The notes under the pieces: model-generated
Told to the model about the DNA's origin: nothing
The model's database searches: none
Seen by the model: the letters and a program-made list of their open reading frames with translations, nothing else
Translations under genes and position numbers: made by a program
In this document: piece after piece, positions 19,027 to 29,000 of the stretch
How positions within the stretch are numbered: the stretch's first letter is position 1
Layout of the letters: each line of letters begins with the position of its first letter
Origin: a virus
Taxonomy: Duplodnaviria > Caudoviricetes
Direction: 5' to 3' (one strand)
Virus record (IMG/VR): IMGVR_UViG_3300031718_000010
Coordinates: 1 to 62,291 of that record
DNA: 62,291 nt

Positions 19027-19482
19027 ATGTTAGAAGTATTACAGCTATTACATCAACAGTCTGAGTCAATCCCAGCTTATTGTGGGTCATATTATATTAG
19101 AACATTAATCAAAGGTGAGGCATTACCAGACCTAGGACAACAAATCCCAGACAGCCATTTAATCCAACATGACTGGATATGGTTAGCCTATAATAGATAT
19201 AATGATAAGCCGGTAGCTATGTTTGTCACAGCCCCCGCTCATGGGATAGTCATCCTACTTAGGATATACGCAATTAAATCAGCTCCCAAGACAGTTTTAG
19301 TAGGTCTATTTAGGAAAAGCCTTGCAGCTATGTCTAGTCGTGGTTATACTAGATACGCCAGCTTCCTAGATGAGTCACGTCCAGCTGAGGCTAGCCTTAT
19401 TGATATATTAAAAAAAGCTGGGGGAATATCAGCTGGAGGGTGTCATATTATGGTAACTGGGCCTACAGCTATTAAATGGTAA
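19027..19482 (+). CDS. GNAT-like protein at the T7 gp13-equivalent position
   Basis: Position and ILLRIYA...LFRKSL...RGY pattern. Confidence 0.45.
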   Translation: MLEVLQLLHQQSESIPAYCGSYYIRTLIKGEALPDLGQQIPDSHLIQHDWIWLAYNRYNDKPVAMFVTAPAHGIVILLRIYAIKSAPKTVLVGLFRKSLAAMSSRGYTRYASFLDESRPAEASLIDILKKAGGISAGGCHIMVTGPTAIKW

Positions 19483-19498
19483 GGTGGATAGATAAGAG

Positions 19499-19885
19499 AT
19501 GCCATTTATAGTTCCATTTATCCCTTTAATCGCTGCTGGCGTAACGGCAGGGACATCTATTGGCCTTGATTTATCTAATCAGCCATCTAGCCCTCAACAA
19601 CAGACACCTGCTCAGATTAGTCAAAACGCCGTTCAACAAGCCACCCAACAACGCCAACAACAAGCACAAGGGGCCGCTCAATTATTACCTAACCTACAAT
19701 ATGATACAGGAGGAGGGTTAAGCCCAGATGCCTATTCAACTTTATCATCTACATTTAGCGGCAATCCAGGTATAGGTAATAGTCAACAACTACAGCAACT
19801 AGTCCAACAGTTCTTAGGACAAGGTAATAACACCTTTGGTGGGACAAGTGGATTTGGTTCCCCTAGTCCAGGCTTGACAGGATAA
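19499..19885 (+). CDS. Putative ejection/internal virion protein
   Basis: Hydrophobic N-terminus, Gln/Gly-rich. Confidence 0.6.
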   Translation: MPFIVPFIPLIAAGVTAGTSIGLDLSNQPSSPQQQTPAQISQNAVQQATQQRQQQAQGAAQLLPNLQYDTGGGLSPDAYSTLSSTFSGNPGIGNSQQLQQLVQQFLGQGNNTFGGTSGFGSPSPGLTG

Positions 19886-19887
19886 AT

Positions 19888-20580
19888 ATGGATGCTATAA
19901 CATCAGCTTTCTCTAACTTAGCTAATAGTGGGGATAATGGCGGTGGACTAGCTGGCTTCCTTAAAGGGATAGCTCCATACGCTGGCCTTGGGACCGCTGG
20001 CGCTGGTTTAATTGGTAATATCCAAGCTAATAACGCTAGGAATAGTGTATTAAGTGCTGAAGTAAATAGGATGAATGCCTATAATAACCTAACCCCTGGA
20101 CAGGTAGCTAGCCAGATAACCCAGCTTGAACAACCCTTATCATCTAATTTAATTAATAGCGTTGGAAATGTAGTCCAAGGGAATCTAGCTCAACGTGGGT
20201 TATCCCAAGCCCCTGGCATCCAAGCTGAAGCCTTAGCTCAAGGGTTAGCTCCTTACCAATTACAAGAACAACAAATGGCTCAACAGGCTTTATTCCAAAA
20301 ATTAGGGCTACCTATCCAAGCTCAGCCTAGTCCATTTGGCCCATATCCACAGACGACTAATATGAATCAGTTGTTTCAAGCCTTATCCAGAACATTTATG
20401 AACCCTACTAACCCTAATTCAAGTGGGCAGCCATTTATTAACTATGGCCCATTCCAGCCAACTGGGGATACCAGCACTCAGGCTCCTATCTCAGGTGGTT
20501 CAGGCTCAGATATAAATGGTATAATGGGTAATCTAATGCAGCAATTCACAGGCAGCGGGTTAACTGGAGGAGGGCAATAG
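19888..20580 (+). CDS. Putative ejection/internal virion protein
   Basis: Gly-rich N-terminus, LAQRGLSQ, Gln-rich. Confidence 0.6.
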   Translation: MDAITSAFSNLANSGDNGGGLAGFLKGIAPYAGLGTAGAGLIGNIQANNARNSVLSAEVNRMNAYNNLTPGQVASQITQLEQPLSSNLINSVGNVVQGNLAQRGLSQAPGIQAEALAQGLAPYQLQEQQMAQQALFQKLGLPIQAQPSPFGPYPQTTNMNQLFQALSRTFMNPTNPNSSGQPFINYGPFQPTGDTSTQAPISGGSGSDINGIMGNLMQQFTGSGLTGGGQ

Positions 20581-20582
20581 AT

Positions 20583-21590
20583 ATGGGAGCCTTCCAAGCT
20601 ATCGCATCTGGACTAGGTGAAACTGGCGAACAAGCAGGTCAGGGGATTAATCAAGCCCTTAACGAGGCCTTAAAAGTCAGACAACAGAACTTTGTCGAAC
20701 AAAACGCCGCTAGGGAGATGGAATTTCGTTATAATCAACTTCAACAGCAAGGGTCATTAGAAGGCCAACGTAATGATATCTATCGTCAGCAGATATTACA
20801 ATCTGGCTGGAAGGACCTTGGCTTAACTATAGACCCTAAGACTAATCTATATAGTCGTACTTTCTATAATGACCAACTCCCTGAAGGGCAGAATAAACGT
20901 GTTGTCCCTATAACTGGTACACCCCCTGATAGTTTAGAAGCACAGATGGCTCGTTATCAAACTTTAATTAATGAGAAAAAAGATGACGGTAGCCCTATGT
21001 TTACCTCTACCCAAGCCAAGCAGATAGTATTCAAAATGACCAAGGACTATCAAGGTGGGGCTGACCAGATGCGTGGCTTTCTTGACCTAGCCCATGATGA
21101 ATATGGATTAGAGGGACAAGCAGCTATTAAGAAGGCTGAACAGTTATATGGGGAGACAGTTGGACGTGGGGGATATTTTAGATATGCAAGTGGACTAGGT
21201 AATCCAAAAGACCTAACTGGTCTAACCCCAGGGGAGATGAGGGATTATAACGCTCAGGTTGGTCCATTAAAGGCTCAATATAATGGATTATTAGGCTTAA
21301 TGAAAGCGGAGATGGCTAACGCCCTTACCCCAGAGCAGCAGCAAGCTATATCTCAACGCTATATGCCTAATATAATGGATATCCAATCCCAGGAACAAGC
21401 TATATTAGCTCAGATTAGACAACGGCGTAATCCTAATTCCATAACCCCTGTTAGCCCAACTAAGCCATCGGCTAATATTAATCAAGGGGATATGGTCCCT
21501 GTTATCTCCCCTCAAGGTGTTATGGGCATGGTGCCTAAGGCTAATTTACCAGCAGCTTTATCTCAAGGGTATAAGCAAGCTCCACAGTAA
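20583..21590 (+). CDS. Putative ejection protein
   Basis: Helical Gln-rich ORF in the ejection-gene position. Confidence 0.6.
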   Translation: MGAFQAIASGLGETGEQAGQGINQALNEALKVRQQNFVEQNAAREMEFRYNQLQQQGSLEGQRNDIYRQQILQSGWKDLGLTIDPKTNLYSRTFYNDQLPEGQNKRVVPITGTPPDSLEAQMARYQTLINEKKDDGSPMFTSTQAKQIVFKMTKDYQGGADQMRGFLDLAHDEYGLEGQAAIKKAEQLYGETVGRGGYFRYASGLGNPKDLTGLTPGEMRDYNAQVGPLKAQYNGLLGLMKAEMANALTPEQQQAISQRYMPNIMDIQSQEQAILAQIRQRRNPNSITPVSPTKPSANINQGDMVPVISPQGVMGMVPKANLPAALSQGYKQAPQ

Positions 21591-21598
21591 GGTAAATT

Positions 21599-24500
21599 AT
21601 GGCCGATGATATCGGATTTGTCCCATCTAAGCCTGATGTTGGGTTTGTCCCTGGGATACAGGCTCAAGGGGCTGATATTGGATTTGTCCCTTCTAAACCG
21701 GATAGTTTAGCTGATAAATCTAAAGATATTATCCACGAATATTATAACCCTCCACAGGATACTAAACCTTATCCACAATGGTTTGAGTCAGCCCTTGAGA
21801 ATACATACCACTATGCCATAGCTCCATTTAATAAAGCAGGGGCAAAGGGAACTGAATTAGCTAGGGATTACTTTGAAGCAATGTATGGGATGGGTGATAA
21901 GCCAGTGGGTGGCCCATCTCAACTTACACCTGAAGGTAGAATACCAGAACAAGAAAGGTCAGTTGTTAGCGGTGTAATGAGTGGTATAGGAGGGACATTA
22001 GGTGGAGCGGTAGCCGACCCGCGTAACTGGCCATTCTTTGGTAAAGCAGCCCTTAGTCCTATATTTGAGAAGCTAATGAGTGCTGGTTTTGCTACCCAAA
22101 TGGGTGCTGGGACTATTCAAAACTTATCTAACCTAATAAATAACTGGGATAACCTAACTCCACCTGATAGGGCTGAAGGCCTAACATCAACTGGCCTTGG
22201 AGCCTTAATGACAACAATAGCCGCTCATGGGGCTATGGCTGGGCATCCAGATAATCTATCTATCCAAGATAGGGCTGATTTACATGATATAGTTAATAAT
22301 CACCTTGAACAATCTGTTAAAACAGGTGACCTACAAGGGGTGCAGGATGCCCATGATGTATCCAGGGAGCTAATTAAAACTCCAGGAGATAGACTATTAG
22401 CTAATATATCAGCTATAGCTGATAAACTAGAGGAGAGAAAGAATGATAGGACCAACATCCGGCCTTCAGCTACCGAAGCTGAGACGAATCCTATTACACA
22501 GCAAGGGGCTAATACTACAGGACCAATCCCAACCTCCCCAAGCCAGATTGAGCAACCTACTCAAACACCGCTCATTGCAGAAGAAAATCTTCGGGACAAT
22601 AGCGGAAATACCGGGGGAGAAGGAACAACTGGAGCAGCTGCAAGCACAGGTCCCGTCAACACGGGAGATGAGGGGCCTGCCAGCCAAGGAATCCTCGACG
22701 CCTCTCTAGACCAGCTTAAGGCTATCTACCCTCAATATGCCCATATTATAGGAGGTGGTGAAGGGACGGCACCTGCAAGTCTGGAGCAACCTTCCAGGGA
22801 AGTTACACTTGGCGCAACGGAAGAACCGGAAGGCGCAGGTGCCCCAGCCCCGCCTGTTATATCTAGAGTTATTGATAATGATATGGCTGAGACAGGTGGG
22901 ATACATATAGTAGAAAAGGGTAAGGATATATCATTATTAAGCAGATGGCTAGGTGGGTTAGCTGAAACAGCTAGACAGCTGAATAATAGCGGTCATCCAC
23001 TTGGGCCTATTCTAACTAGTATAGCAGCTAAGATGAGTGATGTATCCAAGGCTATTGTCCAAAATCAGATGGATACAATGGCTGATTATGTATCAGGGGC
23101 TAAGAAATATGTAAGTAGGGATGAATGGTCTAATAAAGTTGTCCCATTACTTGATAATCCTGAAATAACCCCTGATAATATCCCTGCTGATACCCCTTCT
23201 AATATTAAACAAGCCTACCTTAAATCAAGGGAAATATTAGATAGACAGAGAATGGGGATAATCCAAGCTAAGCGTCAGGAGTTATTAAATAGAGGTATAA
23301 GCCCTGAAAAGGCAGCTGAATGGGTCCCGGATGATTGGGGTAAGCAAACAGGTTATTATCATCATGCTTTCCCTGGTACATGGGTTATATCTAAGTTAGT
23401 TGATGTAGATGAACGTGGAAATGAGACATATGAGCTTATTGAAACAGGCTGGCGTGCAGAGTCTAGAAATGAGGCTAACGATAAGGCTATCCAATATCTA
23501 AAAGATAATCCATCTGCTCAAATTAGAATCCAGCAGGACACCGTCACCCTCCCTGGTAAAAACCTAGCTGATAGACAAAGATTAATGGACCTAACAAAGG
23601 AGATTAAGGAAGCAGGTGAGACGGTTGTTAGAGGTGGTGACCCTGAGGATATACTTAAACAATTATATGCTGACGCTGGAGCTAAGGCATTTGGGCCTAG
23701 ACAAATTGCAAGTAGACAATTAGCCGCAGCCTTACCTAGAAAGAGCAATCTAGCTGGCTTTGCAACTGATAGGGATAACTTTGAAGCTAGCCTATTAGCT
23801 ACTGAAAGATATATCCAACTAGCCCCCGCTCGTCAACTATTAATGAAAGCCAGGAATGCAATAGCCAACCTAGCAGGTATGCCAGCTGCTCAACGTATGT
23901 CTGAGTTTCCATCTCTAGTTGACTATTGGAGTGCTAAGCAATATGGGAACATACTAGCCCGTGTTGATAGCGCAATAGAAGGGTTAGAAGGCAAACCCGG
24001 AGCAACTGACGCCGCTATACGTTATACCCTTAACCAATTAGGCTGGGACCCTAATACTATTAATAATATCTATAAGCCTATACAATCTATAATGGCCCTT
24101 GTTAAACTTGGATTTAACCCAGCTAGGGTATTAAGTCATGGACTACAATCATTATGGGGGGTTTATCCCGTATTAGGTGAAGTAGACACATTAAGGGGAA
24201 TGGCCCATAGTTATGATAGTCATTATGATAGCCTAATCAAGGACCTAGGCATAACCCACGGGGTCAACGCAACTGAGATAGAAGGTATCCGTAGTTATGC
24301 TGGTAACTATTTTGGTCATGGTTCAACTCCAATAGATTGGGCTAAAGGGACTGGTTCTATATTACGTGATGTAGGCCTATTCCCATTCACAACAGGGATT
24401 GAGTTCACTCGTAGGACAGCCGCTATTGGTGCCTTCCTTCAAGGGATAGATAGAGGTTATACGCCTGAAGGCGCACGTAACTATGCTAGGGATGTAATGG

Positions 24501-25465
24501 ATAGGACAACAGGTAATTATACCCCATCTGATAACGCATCATTCCTTCGCCAGTTACCAGGACCAGTATCTCAATTTAAGAACTTCATGCTTAAGACTAT
24601 GCAATTTACCACTGGCTTGCGCGGACCTGAAATCGCTCGTTTCATGGCTGCTATTGGCGTAATAGGCTTCACTGGCTTTCCAATGTTAAGGTCATTATTA
24701 AACCTAGCTTATAATATAACAGGTGAGGATGTAGAAACTGATATCAAACGTAAATTTCCAATAGCATCTAGGGGAGTATTTGGCTTACTGGGAATGGATG
24801 TCCCATCAGGCGTTGGATTAGGTGACCTATCAATAAGCAGGGATAAAACCCCATTAGGTGGCTTAGGTGGGCCTGCGTTATCAGATGCAATAGCAATGGG
24901 GAATGCGTTAGCTCAAAAGGTAATTAAGGGTCCATCTCGTGAAGCACAGGATACCTTAGATACAGCTATTCGTAATATATCCCCTGAGGCCCGTAGAGTA
25001 TATGACGAGGCAACTAGGCTATCTACAGGTAGACCATATCTAATTGACCCCCGCACAGGTGCGGTTATACTATCAGACCTATCAACTCAAGAACGGGCTG
25101 AGTTATTAGCTGGTATCACCCCATTAAGGGTAGCTAGGGAACGTGACGCTCATGAGTATATACGAAATCAGGTAGAACAAGCCAAAGATAAAAGAGGTTT
25201 CTTTGTGGACAGGCTGGCTGAACTACAAGTAAACTTAACTCAACCTAATCTGTCAGAAGCAGACAGAATGGAGATATTACGTCAAACATCAGCTTATATC
25301 CAGCAAGCTCAGGATTATGGCTTATCTCATCAATTAACTAGGGCTGTGTTACAAAGGGCAAAGGAGATGCAGTTAGAACGCCTGTCACGAGATATCAAGC
25401 TAGCTCCTAAACCACAAAGATTAGGAGCATATCAAGAGCAGCAAAGGTTTAAGGGTGAGCAATAA
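21599..25465 (+). CDS. Large internal virion/DNA-ejection protein
   Basis: 1288 aa helical; three D(I/V)GFVP repeats at the N-terminus; TTGNY...QFKNF and hydrophobic C-terminal segments. Confidence 0.7.
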   Translation: MADDIGFVPSKPDVGFVPGIQAQGADIGFVPSKPDSLADKSKDIIHEYYNPPQDTKPYPQWFESALENTYHYAIAPFNKAGAKGTELARDYFEAMYGMGDKPVGGPSQLTPEGRIPEQERSVVSGVMSGIGGTLGGAVADPRNWPFFGKAALSPIFEKLMSAGFATQMGAGTIQNLSNLINNWDNLTPPDRAEGLTSTGLGALMTTIAAHGAMAGHPDNLSIQDRADLHDIVNNHLEQSVKTGDLQGVQDAHDVSRELIKTPGDRLLANISAIADKLEERKNDRTNIRPSATEAETNPITQQGANTTGPIPTSPSQIEQPTQTPLIAEENLRDNSGNTGGEGTTGAAASTGPVNTGDEGPASQGILDASLDQLKAIYPQYAHIIGGGEGTAPASLEQPSREVTLGATEEPEGAGAPAPPVISRVIDNDMAETGGIHIVEKGKDISLLSRWLGGLAETARQLNNSGHPLGPILTSIAAKMSDVSKAIVQNQMDTMADYVSGAKKYVSRDEWSNKVVPLLDNPEITPDNIPADTPSNIKQAYLKSREILDRQRMGIIQAKRQELLNRGISPEKAAEWVPDDWGKQTGYYHHAFPGTWVISKLVDVDERGNETYELIETGWRAESRNEANDKAIQYLKDNPSAQIRIQQDTVTLPGKNLADRQRLMDLTKEIKEAGETVVRGGDPEDILKQLYADAGAKAFGPRQIASRQLAAALPRKSNLAGFATDRDNFEASLLATERYIQLAPARQLLMKARNAIANLAGMPAAQRMSEFPSLVDYWSAKQYGNILARVDSAIEGLEGKPGATDAAIRYTLNQLGWDPNTINNIYKPIQSIMALVKLGFNPARVLSHGLQSLWGVYPVLGEVDTLRGMAHSYDSHYDSLIKDLGITHGVNATEIEGIRSYAGNYFGHGSTPIDWAKGTGSILRDVGLFPFTTGIEFTRRTAAIGAFLQGIDRGYTPEGARNYARDVMDRTTGNYTPSDNASFLRQLPGPVSQFKNFMLKTMQFTTGLRGPEIARFMAAIGVIGFTGFPMLRSLLNLAYNITGEDVETDIKRKFPIASRGVFGLLGMDVPSGVGLGDLSISRDKTPLGGLGGPALSDAIAMGNALAQKVIKGPSREAQDTLDTAIRNISPEARRVYDEATRLSTGRPYLIDPRTGAVILSDLSTQERAELLAGITPLRVARERDAHEYIRNQVEQAKDKRGFFVDRLAELQVNLTQPNLSEADRMEILRQTSAYIQQAQDYGLSHQLTRAVLQRAKEMQLERLSRDIKLAPKPQRLGAYQEQQRFKGEQ

Positions 25466-25644
25466 TGCCAGCTACATCACAAGCCCAACAAACAGCTATG
25501 GCAATAGCTGAACATAATCCAAGTAAGCTAAATAGTAAGAACAAAGGCTTATTAAAGATGAGCCACAAGCAGTTACATGAGTTTGCAAGTACCCCTCGTA
25601 AGGGGTTACCGAAGAGAGCAAAAAGTAGAAAGGCAGGTAGATAA
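25465..25644 (+). CDS. DUF3008-like small basic protein (not in ORF track)
   Basis: MPATSQAQQ...MSHKQLHEFASTPRKGLP. Confidence 0.7.
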   Translation: MPATSQAQQTAMAIAEHNPSKLNSKNKGLLKMSHKQLHEFASTPRKGLPKRAKSRKAGR

Positions 25645-25645
25645 T

Positions 25646-26005
25646 ATGGGATTTGGCCCTCCAGACTGGTCAATCAATAGCACCCCAGCCGCATCAGCCC
25701 AAGCCACTTGTACTAAGGCTGCCAATGCTGCCTTTGCTCACGTTTGCACATCTATTTCAGCTACCTTATCAGCTGTTACTGGACAGACCTTAATCCAGCT
25801 TAACTTAAGGGATGGAGCAAGTGGAGCAGGGACTATATTATGGTCTAAGCAAGTTGTCCTGCCAGCGGGTGCAATATGGGAAGTTAACCTAACTAATCTA
25901 TTAATTAGAGGAACAAACGGTAATGCTATGACGCTTGAGTTTAGTGGAGCACCTGTAGCAACTAACGTGGAAGCTGTATCAATGACTGGATATGACGCTG
26001 CCTAA
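25646..26005 (+). CDS. Small beta-rich virion protein (ATG 25646)
   Basis: MGFGPPDW...; SD GCAGGT. Confidence 0.65.
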   Translation: MGFGPPDWSINSTPAASAQATCTKAANAAFAHVCTSISATLSAVTGQTLIQLNLRDGASGAGTILWSKQVVLPAGAIWEVNLTNLLIRGTNGNAMTLEFSGAPVATNVEAVSMTGYDAA

Positions 26006-26013
26006 TTATAAAT

Positions 26014-29000
26014 ATGAAAAAGCTAATCTATCTAGCTATCCTATTACTAAGCCTATCTGATATAACCAAGGCTCAAAACGGCTATGTTACAATCGTAGCC
26101 ACAGTTAAAGACCCTACTGGAGCCTTATATGTCAATAGCCAAGTAGGTGCAACATTTCAGGACCCAGGTACAAGTGGTAAATTACCCTTATTATATGGTT
26201 CAACCTTTCAAACTAACCTAACTGGATATGGGACCGATAGCTTTGCTCATTTCTCATTAAGTGTAGCTGATAACCAACAAATTGGGGCTAGCAGCGGAGC
26301 TACTGGGACTAGTTGGCGTTTTACTATATTATATCAAGATAGAGCTACTTCATTCACATATCAATCTCCAATAGACTGTATTGATAACATACCCGTAACC
26401 TGTAATAGCGGGGTAATGGATATCTCAGCCCCGTTGCAAGCCGCAGCAGCCTTGTTACCTAATCAATCTGGGGGTGGGGCGTTTGTCCCTATAACAGTAT
26501 CAGGCTCAGCCACTCCAGTATTTAACTCTAATTCCAATACCACCTTTACCTATACCCTAAATCAACCAGTTACAGCCTCCACTTTTATAACAGTCCCTAA
26601 GCCTAATACCACTAATATATTTCAATTTAACATATGTCAAAATTCAACTGGCAACTACCCAATGGTATGGCCAGCTAATGTTACTCTCCCGTCTAATTAT
26701 TCCTTTAACCTTAACCCTAATGCTTGTTCACCTGTTGCATTTGTCTATAGTCCAGCATTAAACTTATGGACCCCTTGGGAAGGCGCAGGCTCAGCATCAG
26801 GTGGGATAGTTAACGTTGCCGTACCCCCAACTGGAGTTTGTGTAGCTGGCTCAACTCCTCAACAAGTTATTAGCACTGGGACATTATATACCTGTCAAGC
26901 TGGGGTATGGGGTGCCGTTGCCAGCCCCTCAGGTTGCACCACATCAGGTAATCAAGGGACAGTACAAGCCTCAGGAGCTAGTGCTGGGACCTGTCAGCCT
27001 ACAAATATAGTTGAGTTATCTAATGGCCTAACCATAAATGAGGATATCCCAGCCTCAAAGGGACCAAACCCATATGTAGATATAACTAGCTTTGGTGCTG
27101 TAGCCTTGAATACATCATTTACACCTTATCTCCCTGGAATAACCGCTACAGCTACAGCAGGGAATCCAGCCTTATCTATTTCCGCTGCTTCTACCTTTGT
27201 AAAAGGGCAAGGAGTCCAAGTTATAGGTGCTGGTCCAACGAACACAATGGCAACTCCCAGCGCCCCAGTTGTTACTTGTGTGCTTGCTGCTGGCCCGACA
27301 GGAACAGGGATTGTCGTCCCGTGTCCTGCTGGAGGCTCTGAGACTACCTGTTATACTCTCACAGGCATAGACAAAGGCTATGGAATCACAGCAGCTAGCC
27401 CTGAAACTTGTGTAACTGGACAAACAAGGGGACCTCAATCTAACACCTTAAATAACTGTGTTCGTAGCCTTAATACTCTTATTACTTGCCAAACAACAGC
27501 AGCCCATACATTGGCTCCTGGGGCTGAGATTGATATCCGTAATACCACACTTGACTCTGAATATGGGGGTTCACACGTTGTAGTTTCAACTCCTGATAAT
27601 ACTCATTTCACTTACCAGTTTCAACGAGATACTAGAACAGGTGCTTCATCTGTAACAGCTACAGGTGGGACAGTCAGCTACAAGCAAGGGAATCACATCG
27701 TAATAGCAGGCCAATCTCCTCCAGCTGGAGTTTGGCAATATGCAATCCATAGAGGCTCCTCTGGCGCTGAGACTTATGTAGACCTATCTGGGATGGTGGT
27801 TTCAGGCAATCTAGATGTCTGGTACATGACATGGGATGATTGGGGGACTAGTTATACTACAGCCTCTAATAGACCGTTTTATATCCCTAATACTCCTCCT
27901 AATGCTGCTGTAAATGATTCATTAATCACAACCATCTGTGCTGGTGCTGGGACAACTTCCCTTACCCTTTGCCTTGCACCAAGTAACTCTACAACATCTA
28001 GCACTATCGTAGCTGATAACACAGCTAATTATCTCGCCGCCTTCACCTTTGCTGCTGCTAATCACGGGAAGGTTCATGTCCCTGCTGTAGCCTCTAGTAA
28101 TTTCGCCACTAACTCTATACTTGATATCTCTCCATTTAACGGGACAGGCTTATTGATATCCTCAGACCCATACTTTGGAGGCACAGTTCTAACCAATGGG
28201 AATGTTATAGATGGGGATACAACATTTGTATCTTGTACATCATTCTCCCTTGAATGCCTAATAAATATTACCTTTAATAGCGCAAAGCCTGGAATATGGG
28301 GGCGTAACCCTGTATTTCGTAAACTTTCCCTCAATCCATTAGGGACTAATACCCAAGCCTTATTTATCACTGGAGGCGTCCCAACTGGGATATTAGAGGA
28401 TATCGCACTCCTTGGAGCCTCGGCAGGGAATGATTTTACCTCTACTCCATTAAGGTTATTAACACAAGCCCAAGCTGGCGCATCAGCCGCCGGGATAGTA
28501 ATGAATAGAATCTTCACTAAAGGAGTCTCTCAAGGAACAACTCCCTTAATTATTAGTAATAATTATGGTGAAGTTAATATTGACACTTTAATGGGAGCAG
28601 GGCGAGGATTCGCATTCCTTAATTGTCCTACATGTACTATAACGGGTGTATCTGTCACCCAGAAACTAGAGAACCAAGCTGCGTCTATGTCCCTTTTTAC
28701 TACAAGAGGGACAGTAGGATTAAATGTAATTGGGATTATCGAGGACACTGGTGCTCAGCCAATAGTAACCCACCTTGGGCAAGGGTTCTTACAGTTAGGT
28801 ATTAGTGCAAGTACCCCCTCAAGCGGAATACCTCAAATTACAGGAACAAGCATTCTTGTAACTAATGGCCTTAATCCTGGCCCTCAACAGGGTGTCAATA
28901 CAAGTTATGTCGCCCAGGGAAATGGCCTTATTAATGATGGGACATATAACTCTAATCAGGGCCTTCAACAGTTTTACATGCAGACAGATTTAGGTCCTGG